This document shows, piece by piece, positions 33,269 to 36,179 of a stretch of 36,179 nt of DNA. The first letter of the stretch is position 1; every line of letters begins with the position of its first letter. The position numbers were made by a program, and so were the translations under genes. The stretch comes from a virus (Duplodnaviria > Caudoviricetes): IMG/VR virus record IMGVR_UViG_3300014862_000004, positions 1 through 36,179 of that record. One strand, 5' to 3'. The notes below the pieces were generated by a model. It made no database searches. It saw nothing but the letters and a program-made list of their open reading frames with translations, and had not been told where the DNA came from.

Positions 33269-33459
33269 TCCAGAGTCGCTACGCCAAGGCCATCGTCGCC
33301 GTGCTCGGCGCGGTCGTCACCTCGGCCCTGACCATCTGGGGACCGGACACCAACGTCGGGCGTTTCCTGGTCATCGCCTCGGCCGGCCTGACCGCGGCCA
33401 GCGTGTACGCGGTGCGCAACGCACCAGAAGGCTCCGGCGGCTCGGACCGCTACCGCTGA
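33265..33459 (+). CDS. holin-like two-TM protein
   Basis: GGAGG RBS and ATGA overlap; YAKAIVAVLGAVV...LTAASVYAVRN. Confidence 0.7.
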   Translation: MIQSRYAKAIVAVLGAVVTSALTIWGPDTNVGRFLVIASAGLTAASVYAVRNAPEGSGGSDRYR

Positions 33460-33659
33460 TGGACTGGATCAAGTCCAGTCACTCCAGCGAGTCGGCCAAC
33501 TGCGTCGAGGTCGCGGTGGCACCCGACGGGTCGGTCCTGGTCCGCAACAGCCGCCGGCCGTCGAGCGGGTGGATGAGGTACACGCCGCAGGAGTGGGACG
33601 CATTCCTGGCTGGCGCCGCGGCCGGTGAGTTCGCTCGCGAGCGCTTGACGCCTCACTAG
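33459..33659 (+). CDS. DUF397 (BldB-family) protein
   Basis: WIKSSHS...NCVEVA...VLVRNS...EWDAFLAG signature. Confidence 0.9.
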   Translation: MDWIKSSHSSESANCVEVAVAPDGSVLVRNSRRPSSGWMRYTPQEWDAFLAGAAAGEFARERLTPH

Positions 33660-33679
33660 GTTCCGGTACGGTCGGATGC

Positions 33680-34792
33680 ATGACATCTGACAGAAAGCGC
33701 GCTCTGGTCGCGACGGCCGCCGGCCTGCTGGTCGGCGCGGTGATAGGCCTACCCGTCGGCGGAGCGCTCGCCGCGGCCCAGGCCGACCCGCAGCAGGTCG
33801 TATGCCCGGCTGGAGCATCGCTCATCGTCTCGCCCGGAGGTTCTTGGTCATGCGCCACCGCACCCTCCGCATCATCCAGCTCGACGCCAAGCGCAAGCCC
33901 GTCGGTGAGCCCATCGTCATCGCCATCGACGCCGCCACCGAGTACTTCGACTGGACCCTCGACGACCCCATCGTCGAGCCCGACCGGGCCGACGACCTTC
34001 CCGCTCGGCTGCCGCAACCGCCTGGCTGAGTGCGGGTATCCGAACGAGGGCAACACGGGCGTGCCGGCCGGCACGGTGCTGACGCCGATCAACGGCAATC
34101 TGACTATCCGGGCCGGTGGCACGTGGCAGGACCTGGAGGTGATCGGCTGCGTCGAGATCGCCACCTCGGCGCCGGTCGTGATCCGCCGACTGAAGGTGCA
34201 TCCGCCGGCCGGAGGGACCTGCGCGACCGGAAACATCCACCACGAGGGCGCGGGCTCCATCCTCATCGAGGACACTACGTCCTTCTGTGCGGTGGCCCGC
34301 GGGCACGGTTTCTGGATCTCCAACGCGGTCATGAACCGCGTGCGGACGTACGGCTGCGAGAACGGCTTCGAGCTCAACGGGAACACCACCGTCCGGCGGT
34401 CGCTGGTGAGCGGCAGTGAGAGCGGCGGAAGCGACCCGCACGGGGATGGCATCCAGTCGCAGGGTGGCGACAACGTGGTCATTGAGGGCAACACCCTGCT
34501 GCAGGGCGCGATCACCTCGGCGATCATCACCAACCCGTTCAGCAACCGGAACTGGAAGGTCCGTGGCAACTTCCTCGGCGGTGGGGCGTATACCCTATAT
34601 TGTCCCGAGAACGGGAAGGCCGGCTGGGAGGTCACCGGCAACCGGTTCATCGCCAAGGGCCAGCCAGGCGGGGCGGCCTACGGTATGACCGACGCGTGCG
34701 GCGGCCTGCCCGTCTGGGGCGACAACAACCCCGACGTGACGACATCCGCCGACAACCGCTACGACCACAACGGGGCGCAGGTCCAGCCGTAG
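33680..34792 (+). CDS. secreted protein with S/T/P linker and right-handed beta-helix domain
   Basis: Signal peptide (RKR, hydrophobic core, AxA); ~45-aa Ser/Thr/Pro tract; GYPNEGNTGVPAG, HGDGIQ, VVIEGNTL and GNFLGGGAYTLY motifs. Confidence 0.75.
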   Translation: MTSDRKRALVATAAGLLVGAVIGLPVGGALAAAQADPQQVVCPAGASLIVSPGGSWSCATAPSASSSSTPSASPSVSPSSSPSTPPPSTSTGPSTTPSSSPTGPTTFPLGCRNRLAECGYPNEGNTGVPAGTVLTPINGNLTIRAGGTWQDLEVIGCVEIATSAPVVIRRLKVHPPAGGTCATGNIHHEGAGSILIEDTTSFCAVARGHGFWISNAVMNRVRTYGCENGFELNGNTTVRRSLVSGSESGGSDPHGDGIQSQGGDNVVIEGNTLLQGAITSAIITNPFSNRNWKVRGNFLGGGAYTLYCPENGKAGWEVTGNRFIAKGQPGGAAYGMTDACGGLPVWGDNNPDVTTSADNRYDHNGAQVQP

Positions 34793-34803
34793 GAATCGGG
34801 CAC

Positions 34804-34839
34804 AAAAAAAGAGGCCCAGGTCATTGACCTGGGCCTCTT
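34804..34839 (-). terminator. intrinsic terminator between convergent arms (probably bidirectional)
   Basis: Inverted repeat AAGAGGCCCAGGTCA / TGACCTGGGCCTCTT with an A7 run at 34804-34810 (U7 on the minus strand). Confidence 0.85.
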
Positions 34840-34856
34840 GGGAGTGGGGGACCGAA

Positions 34857-35453
34857 CTACGCGGCGTCCGCCACCGGTGTCAGTTCGAACGGCTTCCGGA
34901 TCAGCGTGCCCGCGGCGGCGTCACTGCGCGCCCGAGCGAGGCTCTCCCGGTACTCACGTCCCGCCTGCTCGGCCGCTGTCTCGGCCGGCGTCACCGGCCG
35001 CACCACGACGGCTGACACGTCGGCCAGATCGGCCAGCCCGGCCCGCAGCCCCCGCACCTTGCGCGTCACCTCGACCAGCGACAGCGTGGCCACCAGCATG
35101 ACTCCGTCGATCGCGACCGGGTAGGCGTAGACCACCCAGCCGGTGTAACCGACGCTGATCATGAAGTTGACCTGCTGTTGCCACGAGATGCCGAAGCAGA
35201 TGCCGGCAACCAGGGCCGTGCCGGCGATCCGACCGGCGGCCAACCACCGCGAGGTGGCCGGGATCCGGGCGATCAGCTCGACACAGAGGAACATGAAGAC
35301 CGGGGCGGAGCCACCGATCGAGTGCCCAACGACCCCGCCGGGGGCGTGCATCACGTTCAGGGTCACCGTCACTCCGACAAGGAGGACGGTGACGACCGTG
35401 ACGAAGATCCACAGACGGCGGAACTCGCGAAGTTCGTTTTGGAGCTTGGTCAT
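34857..35453 (-). CDS. DUF2637-like multi-pass membrane protein
   Basis: GGAGA RBS; four hydrophobic segments; LNVMHA, APV...CVELI, ISWQQ and YPVAIDGVMLVA motifs. Confidence 0.7.
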   Translation of the reverse strand: MTKLQNELREFRRLWIFVTVVTVLLVGVTVTLNVMHAPGGVVGHSIGGSAPVFMFLCVELIARIPATSRWLAAGRIAGTALVAGICFGISWQQQVNFMISVGYTGWVVYAYPVAIDGVMLVATLSLVEVTRKVRGLRAGLADLADVSAVVVRPVTPAETAAEQAGREYRESLARARSDAAAGTLIRKPFELTPVADAA

Positions 35454-35500
35454 AGTGTCTCCCAACACTCGTGACCGACCTGCACCAGACGGTGCATTGT

Positions 35501-35845
35501 GACCGGAGGGTCTGCTCTGAGGTGCCCTCCGGTCTGACCTTCCCGATCAGCCGACCTGCGCGCGCCACTCCTGCAGCCACCGGACCTGCATGCGGGCCTC
35601 GCTCTGGTCGCGCCAGCGGTCAGCGGCCTCGACGGACGAGGCGCCGACCTGAACGGCCACAGCGCGGTAGGTGCGCAGCAGGTACAGGTAGTTGAGCAGG
35701 GCGGCCCGCAGGAGCTGGTGGGCCTGCGCCGGGGTCTCCGGCATGGGGAATGTGGTCATGATCGCTACCTCCCAGTAGCTACCCGCTTGAAGGCGCGGGG
35801 TGGGCCTCGTGGCCGGCGAGTCCTTCTCCGAGGTGCTCGCCGGCC
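35501..35845 (-). repeat. two covarying hairpin elements (35501-35534 and 35811-35845)
   Basis: 10-bp stems differing by three compensatory pairs, with similar loops ending GAGGTG on the plus strand. Confidence 0.75.
35547..35759 (-). CDS. hypothetical protein (70 aa)
   Basis: GGAGG RBS within the upstream repeat; bounded by structured intergenic elements. Confidence 0.7.
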   Translation of the reverse strand: MTTFPMPETPAQAHQLLRAALLNYLYLLRTYRAVAVQVGASSVEAADRWRDQSEARMQVRWLQEWRAQVG

Positions 35846-36084
35846 TGAGCTCACTGGGCGTGGGCGACCTTGATCAAAGCCTCGATCGCGGCCCGAACTC
35901 CGCTCAGGGCTTCCGCGGCCTCAAGCGACTCTCGGTCGACGTTCAGTCCCGTCACGCCATCGACGTGACGGGCGTTCCCGTACTCCTCGATCTTGGCGGA
36001 GAGCATGTCGTACGCCTGGTTCAATGCGCTCATCGCTACCTCCCAGTAGCTAGCCCGCTTGAAGGCGCGGGGTGGGCCTCGTGG
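35761..36084 (-). repeat. 52/53-bp direct repeat upstream of start codons (35761-35812 and 36032-36084)
   Basis: Identical except for one inserted base; contains the GGAGG RBS of each downstream minus-strand gene. Confidence 0.9.
35851..36033 (-). CDS. hypothetical protein (60 aa)
   Basis: GGAGG RBS within the repeat; helical composition. Confidence 0.7.
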   Translation of the reverse strand: MSALNQAYDMLSAKIEEYGNARHVDGVTGLNVDRESLEAAEALSGVRAAIEALIKVAHAQ

Positions 36085-36179
36085 AGGAATGCGGATTCGA
36101 ACCGCCCACCAGGCCCGGTGCCTGGCCCACTCCTTGTTGGGATCCCCCTCGTGGAGCGCCAGGGCTTGAACCTGGGTGC
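36082..36179 (-). ncRNA. two tandem tRNA-like (T-arm + CCA) elements, the second cut by the window edge
   Basis: GCGG-TTCGAAT-CCGC-ATTCCT-CCA (36082-36134) and CCAGG-TTCAAGC-CCTGG-CGCT-CCA (36152-36179). Confidence 0.5.

Noticed and set aside
35501-36084. CRISPR array
   Set aside because: Only two copies of each repeat, separated by whole genes of about 200 bp rather than 30-40 bp spacers; no cas genes.
36082-36179. Canonical tRNA genes or a prophage att site
   Set aside because: The complete element lacks a D-arm and a 7-nt anticodon loop; the second is cut by the window edge. No integrase or host genes are visible, so att status cannot be supported.

Overview
High-GC (roughly 70% by eye) segment of an actinobacterial siphovirus or prophage; no integrase, terminase or host genes are visible. 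From left to right it holds: small rightward accessory genes (1-1250); a mycobacteriophage cluster-B-like head module (portal, a 2156-aa MuF minor head protein carrying several enzymatic domains, a 2H phosphoesterase fusion, maturation protease, two capsid proteins); neck and tail genes interrupted by an inverted two-gene cassette; a glycan-modification cluster (four glycosyltransferases, a SAM methyltransferase, an NDP-sugar epimerase) with a structured antisense RNA candidate inside it; a lysis cassette with an orphan DUF397 gene and a secreted beta-helix protein; and a leftward arm of small genes separated by repeated, covarying and partly tRNA-like RNA elements. The best candidates for undescribed biology are the multi-effector head protein with its downstream partner genes, the glycan cluster (with a possible +1 frameshift switch), the promoter-driven ~190-nt RNA at 27052-27240, and the structured repeats at the right end. 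All family calls come from motif recognition by eye; no database search was run.
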